DNA of 64,000 bases from Vicugna vicugna (Eukaryota), in NCBI GenBank assembly GCA_013265495.1, contig MU058387.1:558001-622000 (forward strand), given 5' to 3'. The notes beneath the pieces were generated by a model, which worked only from the letters and a program-made list of their open reading frames with translations, did not search any database and was not told where the DNA came from. Positions 50,811 to 64,000 of the stretch are shown here, piece after piece. Every line of letters starts with the position of its first letter. The first letter of the stretch is position 1. A program made the translations under genes and the position numbers.

Positions 50811-53181
50811 AAAAGAAAAACTGGGGACTAGCGAGTTGCCAATATCCTCTTGAAACCTAAATTTTCACAATGATAAAAATAGTTTGAATCTGATTCTAAC
50901 TCACACATATGAATTTTAATAGCCTCCCTTTTAAAAAACATTATCATGTTGTGTAAGGTTTATAATAAATAGAGCTGTGGTTTTGAGGCTATATTTAAAG
51001 TCAAACTACGATTTAAGTTTATAACTCAACAAGGAGAGTCTTACAATATTCCCCTGCTCTCTAGTCTCAAGTGGATTTGGATTTGCCACTACACTATCCA
51101 GTTGTCAACTTTGATCTAGTCGGTTGAAACTTTATATTCTGATGATCAGTAAATATTTGTTGAGGTTAAAGAAGTTAAATAATGTGAATAAATCACCTGA
51201 GTTATTTAAAGTCAAAGAGATCATTTTGCCAAAATTTTAGGCTGACCTAAATTCTGTTTTCTTCTCACCATTGTCAGATTGAATGGGGAGCAAGTGTACT
51301 ATGGCCAAATCCATTAACTAATAGAGGGTGATCTTCACTGTCAGCCCAGGTTATTCCAAAGATTAAGGCAATCAGGGTCTTTTAGACTTCCAAGAATCAT
51401 TAACTTAATGGCATGATTATTTTGAGTGACTCTAAAGATACACTACTAGTTCATCAGATTATAATGTTTGAATACACTAGTGGTCCCTGCATTACTGGCT
51501 GATTGGAGAGCTGAATGAAATGGAGGTGGATTTTCAAGTGGTCAGTCAAAAGCAGTAAGAAGCTGTGTCTGGGTGCCAACATTTTAAATGTTTTGAATGA
51601 AATGACTAAAATGATTATACTCCATATGACCAGGCTTCTCAGAGACAGCAAATGAAAGAAAGCCTTCCTCAGATCTGCTGTCCGTGTATTTTGAACTGCT
51701 TCCTCATCCCTTGCTTCCTCTGAACTGAAATTGAACTGAAATAATGACCCTTGTCCTTTCTCCAACAACCCTCCCCCCAAAAAGCCAATTCATAAAATAA
51801 AATCTATGTAATTTTATCTTCTAAGGAGTACCAGAAAAGTAAAATAAAGCATATTGTCAAATCAAAAGTGCTGAGGTAAGAGAAAATAAATCAATTAAAA
51901 CAGAAATAGTAAAATGCAAATGGCATGATAATATTGCTTATTGTTTTCCCCTCATTTTAAAAAATATGTGACTGACTTTGATTTTGAATGCTTCTTCCTC
52001 TTTCTTAGAAAATTACTTTGAGAACTATTTTTTTTAATCCATGAAGTATATTGCAAGGGAAGATTACATTTAAACAGATTCAAAATTTAAATAGATGGAA
52101 TGATTAGCAAGCCTTGGGAAAACAAATTGTCAAATAATAAGAACTTGTCCTTTTCCTGTGATGTGTGGGCTTTGCCTTCTGACTCTCTGCGAATCCTACA
52201 ATTACAAGTAGACACTTAATAAAAATGTCAATCAGTTTGCGAGCTCCTGTTTCCAAAAAAGGCAAACAGAGTGTACAGAGAAAGCATTTGCTTTTAGCAT
52301 TTTAAATTGAATGTACTGTGAAGGCGTAATATGATTTCCCTCAAGTTCTTTTAAGTTAATATTTAATATTGTGTATTTGGTGTTAAACGTTGGCTGTAAT
52401 ATGGGCTTATGGAAAGGGAATAGGGAAAACAGAAAGAAGGTATCTGGCAGTGTCTTGCTCTGGCCTTCCCTGCGTGTAAATTGTGCAAGGCCATCACATG
52501 GCCAGCGAGTCAGCCGCTACCAGAACACGGTCCACACAGATGTGTGGTTCCCACATGGTTTGAGAGCAGCAAGTCTCGGCCTTTGATCAGCTGAAAGATA
52601 CAGCGATATGGAAAACAGCTCTAAAGGAATGAGTTCTTCTGGTGGTCATCTGGAAAACAGCACAGACAGGCTCAGCTAGAGCCGGTTGGTCTAGAAATAG
52701 GGGTAGTGATGGGGCACATACCTCCAGATCATACTCCCCATTGGTTGCTTGAATCAATTAAGCAAGAGGCAACGTTTCAGCTCATGAACGTTCAATGCAA
52801 AAGAGTTCCATTAAAATGCGAAGTTCTTCAGAGTTCTGTAATGCGGTGTTAACATTTTCATGCCGGTAATGGTGGGCCTACTCGATGCGTTTGGACACTT
52901 GCTAACAGATGTATCTGTTTCATTATATGTTTTAAGATAAGATGAGCTAGGAGTTCCATCATTCCTGGACCAGAAAGAAGCTCCTCATTAGGTAGTACAT
53001 CTTAGAAACAGATGGGGAAGTCAGAGAGCACTGGCATTTCGCGTAGATTCTCCTCCATTCACCCAGAATGAGCCAGGCTAGAACGAGGCACTGGAATACT
53101 GGAAGTGCATTGTCATTTTGTTCCAGTTACTCCTAGCGACTTTCTCAGTAGAATGAATATTTACATGATGATCTGTGTTCT

Positions 53182-53380
53182 TTTTTTTTTAAATTTTTTA
53201 ACTTTAAAGAAATTTTTTATATTTTATTCATTTATTATTGTATTATTTAACTATTTTATTTTGGCAGTGGGGGAGGTAATTAGATTGACTTATTTTTAGA
53301 AGAAATACTGGGGACTGAACCCAGGACTTCATGCATGCTAAACATGCGGTCTACCACTTGAGCTATACCCGCCCATCCAC
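53182..53380 (-). mobile_element. Camelid tRNA-Ala-derived SINE (vic-1 type)
   Basis: 'ctggggactgaacccaggacttcatgcatgctaaacatgcggtctaccacttgagctataccc' with a T-rich tail; TSD ctgtgttct at 53173 and 53381. Confidence 0.93.
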
Positions 53381-53747
53381 CTGTGTTCTGTATTCTGATT
53401 CTTACCTCTGAACAGACACTTGTCCCAGATTTTTTTTTTATATTTCAAAGGTTTTTACTGTGCTGTGATCATTTATTTGGGAATTGTTTAAATTCATCAT
53501 TTCTTTTACATGCTGGATATGCCCTTTCGTCCACAGAGGCTGTTGAACTTATTTTCCTATATCTAAACCTTGGTATGATTTCTAGAACGTAAGAAATACT
53601 CAATAAATGTGTTTCCATTGTTCTGTTTTGGAATGAAAAAAATGAGTATTATGTTTAGACTCCTATTCATAAATAAATCACTCCTGTTGAATATAAATAT
53701 TACCAACACATATAAAGCTGTATTCTTTTTCAGAACAATCATCGGAG

Positions 53748-53886
53748 GGGGAGGGTATAGCTCAGCGGTAGAGCATGTGCTTAGCATGTATGAGGTCCTG
53801 GGTTCAATCCCCACTACCTCCACTAAAATAAATAAATAAACAAATCTAATTACCACCCCCTCAAAAAAAAACCCCGCAACAACAAG
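53748..53886 (+). mobile_element. Camelid tRNA-Ala-derived SINE (vic-1 type), complete
   Basis: 'gggtatagctcagcggtagagcatgtgcttagcatgtatgaggtcctgggttcaatccccactacctcca' + (taaa)n + 'ctaattaccaccccc' + A-tail; degenerate TSD agaacaatcatcggag (53732) / agaaggatcatcagag (53887). Confidence 0.95.
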
Positions 53887-53985
53887 AGAAGGATCATCAG
53901 AGAGAGACTGAATGGCGGGAGGAGAAAAAAAAGAAGAGTTAGAACAGAGACAGCAGTGAGGAATTGTTTGCTTTTTATTTGATTA

Positions 53986-54203
53986 CTTTTTTAGCTGAAG
54001 TATAGTCAGTCTACAGTGTTGTATTAGTTTCTGGTGTACAGCATAGTGATTTAATTATGCATATATATACATATATATATGTATATATATATATGCCTTT
54101 TCACATTCTTGTTCATTATGAGCTATTACAAGGTATTGAATTTAGGTCTCTGTGCTATATAGTAGGACCTTACTATTTATCCATTTTATATATAGTAGTT
54201 AGG
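53986..54203 (-). mobile_element. L1 extreme 3' end fragment
   Basis: 'tgaagtatagtcagtctacagtgttg...tttctggtgtacagcatagtgatt...tgtgctatatagtaggacctt' is antisense to the L1 3' UTR at 4700-4890. Confidence 0.9.
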
Positions 54204-54804
54204 ATTGATAAATCCTTCTTCTTTTACCTCTTCAGCTTCTCCCCCTCTTCTATTATCTTTATCATATAAATTAACTTCCCGAACAAGTCAGTCAAGGTGG
54301 AAATTTGAGCAGAAATACATGAGCACAATGAAAAATGGCATTGTTTCTTACATACACATACATACACTCACATGCAAAGCCTTTATGCAACGTTAAGAGG
54401 TAGGTCAAAACTTACCTACCTCTATGAAACTTAGGTTTTCATAGATAAATTCTTACTGCTTTCACATTTCCCAAGGCATTCTCATCAAAGTCAATAAAAT
54501 TGAAGGCTGCTGGATTCTGTTTTCTAAGAGAACATGATGGATGGAGAAGAAGCAGTGTGAAACTGGGAAAGAAACATTGAAACAAGAAAATGGGGACCTG
54601 AGTACAAATCTCTTGCCTGACACCCTTTCACTAAGCACCAGTCACCTGGTTTTTCTGGGCCTGAGTCATTTTACCTTGTAAACATGAATGACATGATCTC
54701 ACCTGGAGGAATGCAAAAATCTAGACCAAAACCTTATTTTTTTCCTGTCCTTCCTGGATCTGAACTTTACATTGCCATAAATAATTTTTACCACATATTT
54801 CCTT

Positions 54805-55281
54805 CATTCTTTTTCAACGAAATATAGCCAGTGTATAATGTGTCAATTTCTGGTGTATAGCATAATATTTCAGTCATACATATACCTACATATATTTATT
54901 TTCATATTCTTTTTCATTACAGGTTGCTACAAGATATTGAATATAGTTTTCCGCACTATACAAAAGAAATTTGTTGTTTATCTATTTTATACATAGTAGT
55001 TAGTATCTGCAAATCTCGTACTCCCAATTTATCCCTTCCCACCCACCTTCCCCCAGTAACCATAAATTTGTTTACTATGTAAGTCTGTTTCTGTTTTGTA
55101 GGTGAGTTCATTTGCATCTTCCTTTTTGGTTTTTTGTTTTTTTAGATTCCACATATGAGTGATATCACATGGCATATTTCTTTCTCTTTCTGGCTTACTT
55201 CACTTAGAATGATGATCTCTACATCCATCCATGTTGCTGCAAATGGCATTATTTCATTCTTTTTTATGGCTGAGTAGTATT

Positions 55282-55317
<36 letters not shown>

Positions 55318-55648
55318 ACTTCTTCTTTATCCTAGTCATCCACTGATGGATATTTAAGTTGTTTCCATATCTTGACTATTGTATATAGTTTTTCTATGAA
55401 CACTGGGGTGCATGTATCTTTTCAAATTAGAGTTCCCTCTGAATATATGTCCAGGAGTGGATTGCTGGATCACAGGGTAAGTCTATTTTTAGTTTTTTGA
55501 AAATCTCCGTACTGTTTTCCATAACGGCTGCACCAAGCTACATTCCCACCAGCAGTGTAGGAGCGTTCCCTTTTCTCCACACCCTCTCCAGCATTTATTG
55601 TTTATGGACTTTTGAATGATGGCCATTCTGACTGGTGTGAGGTGATAC
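54805..55648 (-). mobile_element. 5'-truncated L1 with internal (TG)n
   Basis: Minus frame 'EYYSAIKKNEIMPFAATWMDVEIIILSEVSQKEKEICHVISLICGI' is the L1 ORF2 end; (TG)n at about 55284-55313. Confidence 0.96.
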
Positions 55649-56344
55649 TATGTGTGACTGGTGGGACAACCAGCCCAGATTATAGAAAAGCGTGAAGCCA
55701 GAGACATCTCACAGGCCTAGTCATTGCATTCAAATAAATTTGGTCAATTAATAGAAGAGTTATCATGCCTTTTTGAAATAACAATATATGTGACCTCATG
55801 AAAGCAAATAGATGTTTGGGAAGGGAATCCAGTTTGATAGAATAAAGGCTTAACATGGAAAGCTGTAACAGCTTTTTGAAAATGTTTTAAACATTTAGTT
55901 TCTTCTAAGTATTTTTCTGTTGTACTAAAAAGGAGTGTTCCTGATGAAAGCATCCTGATTTAAAGCCAACGTGTCCGGTTCCCACCCCATCTCATCTTGA
56001 GTACATTTTATCTCTAGGTTATCAAATAGCAACGGATGAAGAGAAAGCATGGAACTTTGCACAGTGGAATTTGGAAATTTATAATATGTGTAGGCTCAGT
56101 GTTAGATACCATGTGAAACAAACAAACAAAGAAGAAAATTATTTTGAGTTGAAATAGACTATATAAGGGAATACTAAAAAAAAGTGATTTTTTTCAATTG
56201 TCAAAAACCTTAATATTTTATTTAATGTTTTTATCTATTTTAAATATTTAACATGTAGAAGTTTATTAAATAAAAATCTAGACTTTTTTCAATTTTTAAA
56301 AATTTATTTTCCTGTTACAGATTGTTTAAAAAATTACCAAACAA

Positions 56345-56550
56345 TCATATCAGACCATTTTACATTTCACAAAGCACTTCTGTAAGCCCATGTCATCATC
56401 TGCCTCTCAAAATGGAACAGTCCTGAATCAGGCATCACAGTGCTTTTGGTTTTATTTTTTAACTAAAGAAACTGAGTTTTTAGGCAGTTTAAGGGACTCC
56501 AATCCTCACATACTTCAGAATGCAAGAATCAGAACTGCAAATCCTATGTT
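56345..56550 (-). mobile_element. MIR-like fragment
   Basis: 'tttacatttcacaaagcacttc...ctaaagaaactgag'. Confidence 0.55.
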
Positions 56551-58525
56551 TTTGCTATTAAACTTTCCCGTGCTCTATTTTGTTTGTAACATTGATTAGA
56601 TTGTTTTCTCTCGAAAAGCCAGTCCGCCACTGAAAGGGGTACTGTCTTCATGTCTAAGTCTTGCTTTTGTAGGTGTATAATCTTTGCTTCAGAGAAATCC
56701 TCCTTCTGGAAACTTGCAAATGATAAACACCAGCTCCTATGTGATTTATGGTTCTGAGAATCAGTGCCCCTCCCAGTTACTTTGTGAATCACACTTGTTT
56801 TGAAGTTGTTCTGCTTTATTTGGATTTGATTTATTTTGCCTCCCCTTTCTCCAACAGAAATTGCTTAATAGAGGTCCACACTATTCACACAGACTTTGTT
56901 TTTAAACTATATTTAAAAATACAATTTCTGTCATACGTGTGTGGCTGAAACATCATTCTTTACACACACAACCTCCAGGAATATCCTCTGTGCGTGAAGT
57001 GGGAGCAGTTTTTACTGACAGTTTATTGGGGAGGGTTAAGTTCGTATAACTCTGTGCCTTACAGAGGTGTAGAAAGTTTGTGGCATGATGCAATGATCAG
57101 CACATAACGTTTTCTTCAGCTTTTTCCTTGTAAAAGGAACACTTTTTAATGGAAAACTGTTCCAAACAGATGTTCATGAGTCTAGCATTGGTACTGCTTA
57201 AGTAAAAAGTATGGTGGGTCTTTGAACATTCTTCAGAGTGCCTTAGTAAGGAGTCTTGATTTTATGTGCAATATTCATGGTCAGCATTACAATGAGACTA
57301 TTTATGGTACTGGAAGTTTTGACATTACTCACAGGATCCCCAAGTAAGAGCGTGTTTAATGCATCAGGCTGTCTCTGAGCTATACATATTTTCTTAATAT
57401 TTTTTCTTTTTAAATGGCAGACAGTGGAATTATGCAAATAAATGAAACCATAAAACATGAAAAAGTTAAAAATGAGCAGGAATAATCACCACTTTCGGCA
57501 TATGATATACAAATAGATCAACAAATATGCATATATATATGTTCAAATAAATATTAAAAATGATCATATGCAGGATCGACTTGGATTGAATGTGGGTACC
57601 ACAAATATGAAAAAGGGAAAAAGATCTCAAGAAGATAAATCATTATGAAATGGAATCTGTTGATTCTCTGTCTCTAAAAAGAGCTTTTTATGTTATTGTC
57701 CTATGCTCTGTGTTAAAAAGCACAATGTGACTTGAATATGTGAAGTCTGCATACTCGAGTTTGCAAAGTCAGAGCTGGGGAGAGGAATTAACTACATGGA
57801 TATTGATTATAATTTTTGAAGAAGACGTGAAGAGTTGTTGATTCCAGAGGCTTTAACAGTGGTTATAGTGAGACGGAAGCACCTTAAATCAAGTTCTGTT
57901 ATATACTGTTGAGCCTACGTGTGCACGTAGGAAATTTCAGCTTAAAATCACAAAGGAGTGAAGTGAGATTCCCAGAGCAATTGGGAGAAGGTACAAGGGC
58001 TACCCGAATTTGTACTCTGGGTGAAGGATAAGAACTTCTGTTAAATAAAAACACAGAGGAGCTACGGGGGTGGCAGGTGGGAAAGAACGCTGGACACACA
58101 AAATCTCACATGTCATCCTTGTAACGGCGTCTACAGGTTGCCTCACCGCATTCTCATCAGTGGCTTCCCTGCCTTTCCCTGCAATGAAGGGAGGGCAGCT
58201 CAAAGCCAGCATTCCTTGGGATTTCTGGGAAAACCTTTTCCCTCCTCAGACAAGCACCTGCTCTTCCTCCGCCTTCCAGAGGGGAATCACAGTCGTAATG
58301 ACTAGACTTATGGCAGCAGTTCTGCAGCATGAAAGCAAGACCAAGAAATCACAGAGGTCACAGCTTTGAGTCCTCCAGCCAGTGGTGTATGGCTGGCCTC
58401 TGCCTGCTTCCAGCTTTCATGCTGGAGAGCAAATAGTAAACCAGGATTCTCTCGAGCTCTGTTTACTCAAGGGTTCTGTGCTTGTGATCAAATACAGCCT
58501 TTGATATAGTCCTGAGTACAGATGC

Positions 58526-58662
58526 AAGAGAGAGAAGGAGAGAGTAGAGAGAGGAAGGGAAGGCATGAGGGAAGAAAGAAGAAAGAGAGAAAGGAAGGAA
58601 GAAAAGAAAGGGAAGAAGGAAGAAAGAAAGAACAGAAATGAAAGAAAGAAGGAGGGAGGAAA

Positions 58663-58730
<68 letters not shown>

Positions 58731-58866
58731 GGAAAGAAAGAAAGGGAGAAAAGAAAGAAAGAGAGGAAGAGAGGAAGAGAGGAAGGAAGGAAGGAAGGAA
58801 GGAAGGAAGGAAGGAAGGAAGGAAAGAAGGCAAAAGGAAGGAGGGAGGTAGGGGAGGGAAGAAAGG
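58526..58866. repeat. Compound polypurine microsatellite (GAAA)n/(GGAA)n
   Basis: About 340 bp, nearly all purine on the + strand; explains the K/E/R-rich and F/L/S-rich ORFs. Confidence 0.99.
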
Positions 58867-58894
58867 CCAGTATGCAATTTTACTAATTTGACAA

Positions 58895-59075
58895 AGTCGT
58901 GTCATGCATCTTCATAAAACCTACTGAAGTAGGTCCCGTTTTCATCCCCATTTCACCAATGAGGTCAAGGAGGCTCTGCCAGGGGAAGAACCTTGTCCAG
59001 GAAACACACGTAACATGCGGGAGCAGCTGGTCCATCTGAATCCGGAGTCCACTAGCTGAACTTCTTTGCCATACT
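58895..59075 (-). mobile_element. MIR SINE
   Basis: 'ctactgaagtaggtcccgttttcatccccatttcaccaatgagg...aaccttgtccagg'. Confidence 0.7.
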
Positions 59076-59555
59076 GCCTTTGACTTCAGATGGAAGAGCA
59101 CAGGGGTAGGTTCTGAAAGTTAAAAGGTAGTTTGCTGGGCTCAGGAAAGAGGACAGTTTAACACAGTGCTTCCAAAGCCAATGAGCAAGACAGAATATCA
59201 AATTCTTCAAGGGTGGAGCCTGTGGCAAATGAGAAAAGGATTCCAAAAGGATGGTAACCTAAGGTGCCATTAAAGATGAAAGGACTGAGGGATCTTGAAA
59301 TCCTTTCATTGGTGACAACCAAGAAAAGACCCTGAGCACCACGAAGGGCAAGCTATTGACGGCCCTGCTCACAGGGTTCAAGGTCAACAGGGTGGCGATT
59401 CTGAGAAGAAACCGGAGCTTCTCTTTCATGACAAACTCCAGAGAGAAACAGGGGTCTTTTCATCGCCTAGAACAGCCCTGTGCGAAGGAACTTTCTGGGA
59501 TGAGGAAAATGTTCCCTAACTCCAGTGGCACAGGACACACAGGGACTTGAAAGAT

Positions 59556-59645
59556 GGCTGGTGCGACTGAGAAACTGGAGTTTTTGGTTTAATTTAAAGT
59601 TTAATTTAAATAAGCCACCGATGGCTCCTGGCTACTGATTGGGAA
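59556..59645. mobile_element. MER3/MER33-like hAT fragment
   Basis: 'ggctggtgcgactgagaaactgg...tttaatttaaataagccac...tggctact'. Confidence 0.7.
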
Positions 59646-60424
59646 GAATAGACAACGATAGGATCAGAGGGGGAGAGGGGTGTGCAGATTCGCCTCGATT
59701 TGACAGTCCACATAAGAGAACATAAATCCTTAAATACAGACTGTCAGGCACTTGTCAGGAACTCAGGTTGGGGTTGGACAGTGTAGGGAAAGCAGATGTT
59801 CCAGGCATTTTTCTGGTGTCATTGAGAGCAAAAATATCATCGTTTCTTTCTTATCAGGAACCTTGCTTGATATAATTCTTCTCTTTCAAGTATTTCCAAG
59901 CTTACTTTTTCCTTGCTTTATAAGCATGTTTATGACTCTCTCATGTTAGAAACTACAAAGATTACCAATAATAATAACAAAAATAATCTCTCAGCCTTCG
60001 GTGCCCCTCCAGCTGCACCCTCATCTCCCTCCTCCCTCATGGTGTCAAGCTCCTTGGAAGAGTACCACGTAAGTATTTTCATCATTGCCCTTTAATCACT
60101 CTCAGCCCTCTGATCTCCGTCATCTTGCTGAAAACATGAGCATCCCACTGAAAATATCAATGGTGACAAATCCAAAGTCACCTCTACACCGTACTTGAAT
60201 TGTGTGTCAGCGTTAGCCCGTAGGAAACGCTACCACGAAATGTTTTCTCCACTGGCTTCCGCAACAAACTAACCCTAGAGGGTCTCATTCTTCCTCTCTG
60301 ACTTTCTATTTCATAATTTTTTATCAGCTCATTCTTCCACTTTTAGGTTTTGGGGCTCCCCAGGTTCTTCTCTTTATGTTTTTGTTTTCTCCCACCTTTC
60401 CTGATGTTCAGCATTCATTACAAC

Positions 60425-60640
60425 AACTTCTAACAACACTGACACTTAACTGTGTGTCGCCCGCTGGTCCAAGCACTTTAAAAGTACTAATGTATTCAGT
60501 TCTCACAACCATGCTCTAAGGTAGATACTGATATGGGACCCATTTTACAGATGGCACACAGGCTGAGAGGTTTCCAAGGTCAAACAGCTGGTGAGTCAAA
60601 CAGCATTGCAATAGGGTACATTTTCTTACCCTCGAAATCA
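60425..60640 (-). mobile_element. MIR inside a diverged L2 region (about 60030-60930)
   Basis: 'tctcacaaccatgctctaaggtagatactg...cccattttacagatg...ccaaggtcaaacagctggtgag'. Confidence 0.75.
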
Positions 60641-60930
60641 CACTGTCTACATTATGACTTCATTTATCCCTCACTCCTTCTTCTTACAGCTATAATTTGA
60701 GCATGTAGACTAGCCCATATATTCCCATCCTGATAACCCAATATTTAGTCAAAACTCTTTGCATGAGTGCCAGCCTGCTGACTGCCTGTGTGAAAAGTCC
60801 AGAGTTTTATCAAACTGAACAAGGACAATACGAAGCTGTTGGTTCCTAACCCAACTCATCCTTCTTGTATTAGGTAATGAGCATTACCAGCTACCTGAGA
60901 GTACAGGTCAGAATCCAGGTGATCATTCTC

Positions 60931-62012
60931 TTTTAATTTTTTTTTTATTGTGGGAGAATACACATAACACAAAATTTACCATCTTAACCATTTTTAAGTG
61001 TACAGTTCAACAATACTAAAGCAATTCATAATGTGCAAACACCACCACCATCCATCTTCATAGCTCTTTTCATCTTGTAAAGCTGAAGCTCTGTACCCGC
61101 TAAACAGCAGCTCCTGATTTCCCCACCTCCCAGCGCTGGGAAACCATAATCCTACCTTCTACCTCTCTGATTTTTGACTACTGTAAGTATCTCATGTAAG
61201 TGAAATAATATAGTATTTGTCTTCTTGTGACTGGCTTATTTTGCTGGGCATAATGTTCTCAAGGGTTTCTTCCGTGTTGTAGCATATGTCAGAATTCCCT
61301 TCCTTTTTAAAGCTGAGTGATGTTCTATTGTATGTACACACCGCATTCTGCTTGTCCGTTCATCTGTTGATAGGCACTTGGGTTGCTTTCACGTTTTAGC
61401 TGTTGTGAATAATGCTGCTATGAACATGGATATACAAATATCTCTTTGAGACCTTGCTTTCAATTCTTTTGGGCATACAGCCCAAAGTGAGATTGGTGGA
61501 CAATTTGGTAATTTTGTTGTTAATTTCTTGAAGAACAGCCATACTGTTTTCTATAACCTCTGTACCATGTTACATTCCCACCAACAGTGGACAGGGTTCT
61601 GATCTCTCTACATCACTGCTGATCATTAATATTTTCCTTTTTTTATTTTTAGTTAAAAAAACTTTTTTAAATTTTATTTATTTATTTTTTAATGCTGGTA
61701 CTGGGGATTGAACTCAAGATATTGTGTATGCTAAGTATGCGCTCTCCCACTGAGCTATCCCGTCCCCCTTTTTTGAATGTAATCTTTCCCTTTTTTTTAA
61801 TGGCAACCATCCTAATGGATGTGAGGTGTGCTCTCACTGTAGTTTTGACTTGCATTTCCTTAATTATCAGTGATGGTGAACATCTTTCATTGGCCAATTA
61901 TATATCTTCTTTGAAGAAGTGACTATTCAATCCTTTGGCCATTTTTTACTCAGCTTCTTTGTCTTCTTGTTGTTGGATTTCAGGAGTTCCCGCTCTACTT
62001 TGGATGTTAATC
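60931..62012 (-). mobile_element. L1MB-type 3' end, interrupted by a SINE
   Basis: 'cacataacacaaaatttaccatcttaaccatttttaagtgtacagttca' is an L1MB-type terminus; minus frame 'MANERCSPSLIIKEMQVKTTVRAHLTSIRMVAIKK' is ORF2. Confidence 0.92.
61640..61768 (-). mobile_element. Camelid tRNA-Ala-derived SINE nested in L1
   Basis: 'ggtactggggattgaactcaag...tgctaagtatgcgctctcccactgagctatcccgtccccc'. Confidence 0.92.
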
Positions 62013-63098
62013 ATACAGCTCTGCTTTTCCCCAGTTCCTTTAAGTGAGGGGACTGTGTGATGTACACTTTTTTTCCCTTCTGTGCTGCCCTTTATTGCCT
62101 GGTCCATAATGGATCTTTAGTAAATGTTTGATGACTGGCTAAACGAATGCAGTTACCCCTTCTTATCACTACCACGCCACTTTGGTTAAACAGCAGAATG
62201 GAGAAGTGCCTCCAGGAAGTTTAGGGTAAGAAGTTAAGAATCACATCCCCCACCCCCACCCATTGTAACTGTCCTGGAACTCTTCTTAGGCGTGATTTGT
62301 CTCACATTTTAGGGAGAAAAATGCCACCCTGGAGATTTTTTCCCTTTGATAAAATGCAGTTGGCAAGGCTGGACTAGAAGGGTGGGGCCCCGGGGAGAGG
62401 AAGGACCACCCACAGGCAACAACACTCAGAGATTTTCATTCCGGCTTCAGCCCCTACAGCACCCACTTCAAGAATGTCTTTAAGTCTGGCAGTGATTCCT
62501 CAGACAGTTACTAGAAAACATATGAAGGCTCCAGAAAATGTATTATTCCTCCTGCAAATACAGTCTCTGTGCATTTTCTAGAAAATTCTAGAGTACAAGG
62601 GGGAGTTCAGGAGCGATTTTCTGCCTGTAGGAAGAATGTGGTGGGGGAAAAAGTGGGGGCTAAGCTGAATTCCCCACAAGTAATAAAAAAATTTTTAAAA
62701 AAATGAAAAGCACAATTTCTTGCAAAAACATTATGTCATTGCCATGAACCAGGAAAATAGAGTCATGTGCTCCTCTCATGAATTGGAGCTCTTCCTAATT
62801 ACTGAGCAACACAAAGGGTACTGCTGTCTGTGTGGGCAGCATACACATGAAGCCGACCCAGTAATTCTTAAAATGACTACTAATTATGCCACAGGCCACT
62901 CATATATTGTGTATACTATTTGCCGGTCTTTGTTCTAAGAGCTTTACGCATACTGATTCCTAGCTCAGTAAGTTAAACATTAGTATACAGAAGACTTTTT
63001 TAGAGAAATCATCTAGTTCAGGTAGTTTTTAATGTTTATCATCGTATGGATGGCAAAACTAAGGTCCGGAGTGACACAGAAAAATTGGGGCACTGGAG

Positions 63099-63606
63099 GA
63101 TGGTCGTATCCCGGGTCTTGCGTGAGTCCCTAGGATGCGCCCTGCCAAGCGAGGGTCCTCGGCTTCACACAAGAAAGACTTCAGGAGCAAGCGACACGAG
63201 AGTGAAGGTAGATCCATTCAGAGGGATACACACTCCATAGATAGGGTGTGGACCGTCGCTGAAGGCAGAAGAGAGCCAGAGGCCCCGGGGTGCAGTGTGG
63301 CTGGTGACTTCATATACTAACAGGTAAGAGGCTCATTCCAATTCCTTTGGGGAAGAGGCTGGGATTCCCAGGAACGGGCCACCACTCACTTTTGGACCTT
63401 TTATGGCCAGCCTGGGAGCTGTCGTGGTGGCTGTGGGTGTGCATTTGCCATGCTAATATATTAGGATGAACGTAAAATGAAGCTTGAGGTCTCCTAGAAG
63501 TCAAATCTCCTGCCATCTTGGGCCTCAAGGTCTCCTGGGAGTCGAATCTTCAATTGCTGTGTCATTCTTTTAATGGTCATGCCCTGCCCCTTGCCTTCCT
63601 GTCTTA
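63099..63606 (-). mobile_element. Probable ERV1-class solo LTR inserted in a MIR
   Basis: LTR-like 'gggtcctcggcttcacacaagaaagacttcaggagcaagc...gagtgaaggtag' and 'ctgccatcttgg...cttcctgtctta'; ggag on both flanks (63095 and 63607); MIR-like sequence on both sides. Confidence 0.65.
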
Positions 63607-64000
63607 GGAGTAGTTAAAGCTCTGTCTCAAGGTCACGCTGCTGGAAACTGAGAGAGCCAAAAATTCAGGGCAGCCATCTGGAACCAGCATCACTGGGTTC
63701 CAAAGGGCTCTATTGGGGTGGGGCTTCCAGCCCTGAATAGACTCTTTCTTCTCCCACAGTCCCCCTCATGAGGCTGAATCTCAAATTCTGCAACCCTGTG
63801 TGGACACAATTTTTATTCTCATCCATTAACGTGTTACTCTTAGTGAATGGAGGTACCTGACTACGGTTATATACAAAATTATATATAATTAAATTTACAA
63901 GCGGAGAAGCTTCATGTAAATTGACCCAAGGCAAGGCCGTCTTATCCCAGTGTGAAGTCATGACGTGCGTGACAGCCTCTCCCCGTGTCTCTGTCAGGCT

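Noticed and set aside
53752..53822. tRNA-Ala(AGC)-like sequence
   Set aside because: It is a SINE head: it has a body, A-tail and TSD, and four diverged copies occur elsewhere in the window.
58417..58905. K/E/R-rich and F/L/S-rich ORFs
   Set aside because: Translations of a microsatellite.
1..64000. CRISPR array, operon or other prokaryote-type system; CpG-island promoter; processed pseudogene of a known gene
   Set aside because: The sequence is repeat-rich mammalian DNA with no spaced direct-repeat array, no CpG island and no recognisable protein homology outside transposons.

Overview
Mammalian genomic DNA, AT-rich and CpG-depleted. It is almost certainly camelid, because it carries five copies of a tRNA-Ala-derived SINE of the vic-1 type together with matching L1 3' ends. 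I recognise no protein-coding exon. The ORF track is explained by decayed transposon frames, microsatellites and chance, so the window is probably a large intron or intergenic region. Content is mostly interspersed repeats: a near full-length Tigger1 (8861-11236), MaLR, ERVL and ERV1 solo LTRs, L1, L2, MIR, and MER5/MER20/MER58/MER3 hAT fossils. The most unusual items are (i) a SINE head fused to an L1 3' end inside a single target-site duplication (TSD), (ii) a ~200-bp non-repeat insert of unknown origin inside an L1, (iii) two internally deleted L1s, and (iv) a solo LTR with an inverted octamer pair. I found no convincing new multi-gene system. Repeat subfamily names come from recalled consensus sequences, and boundaries are approximate unless a TSD is given.
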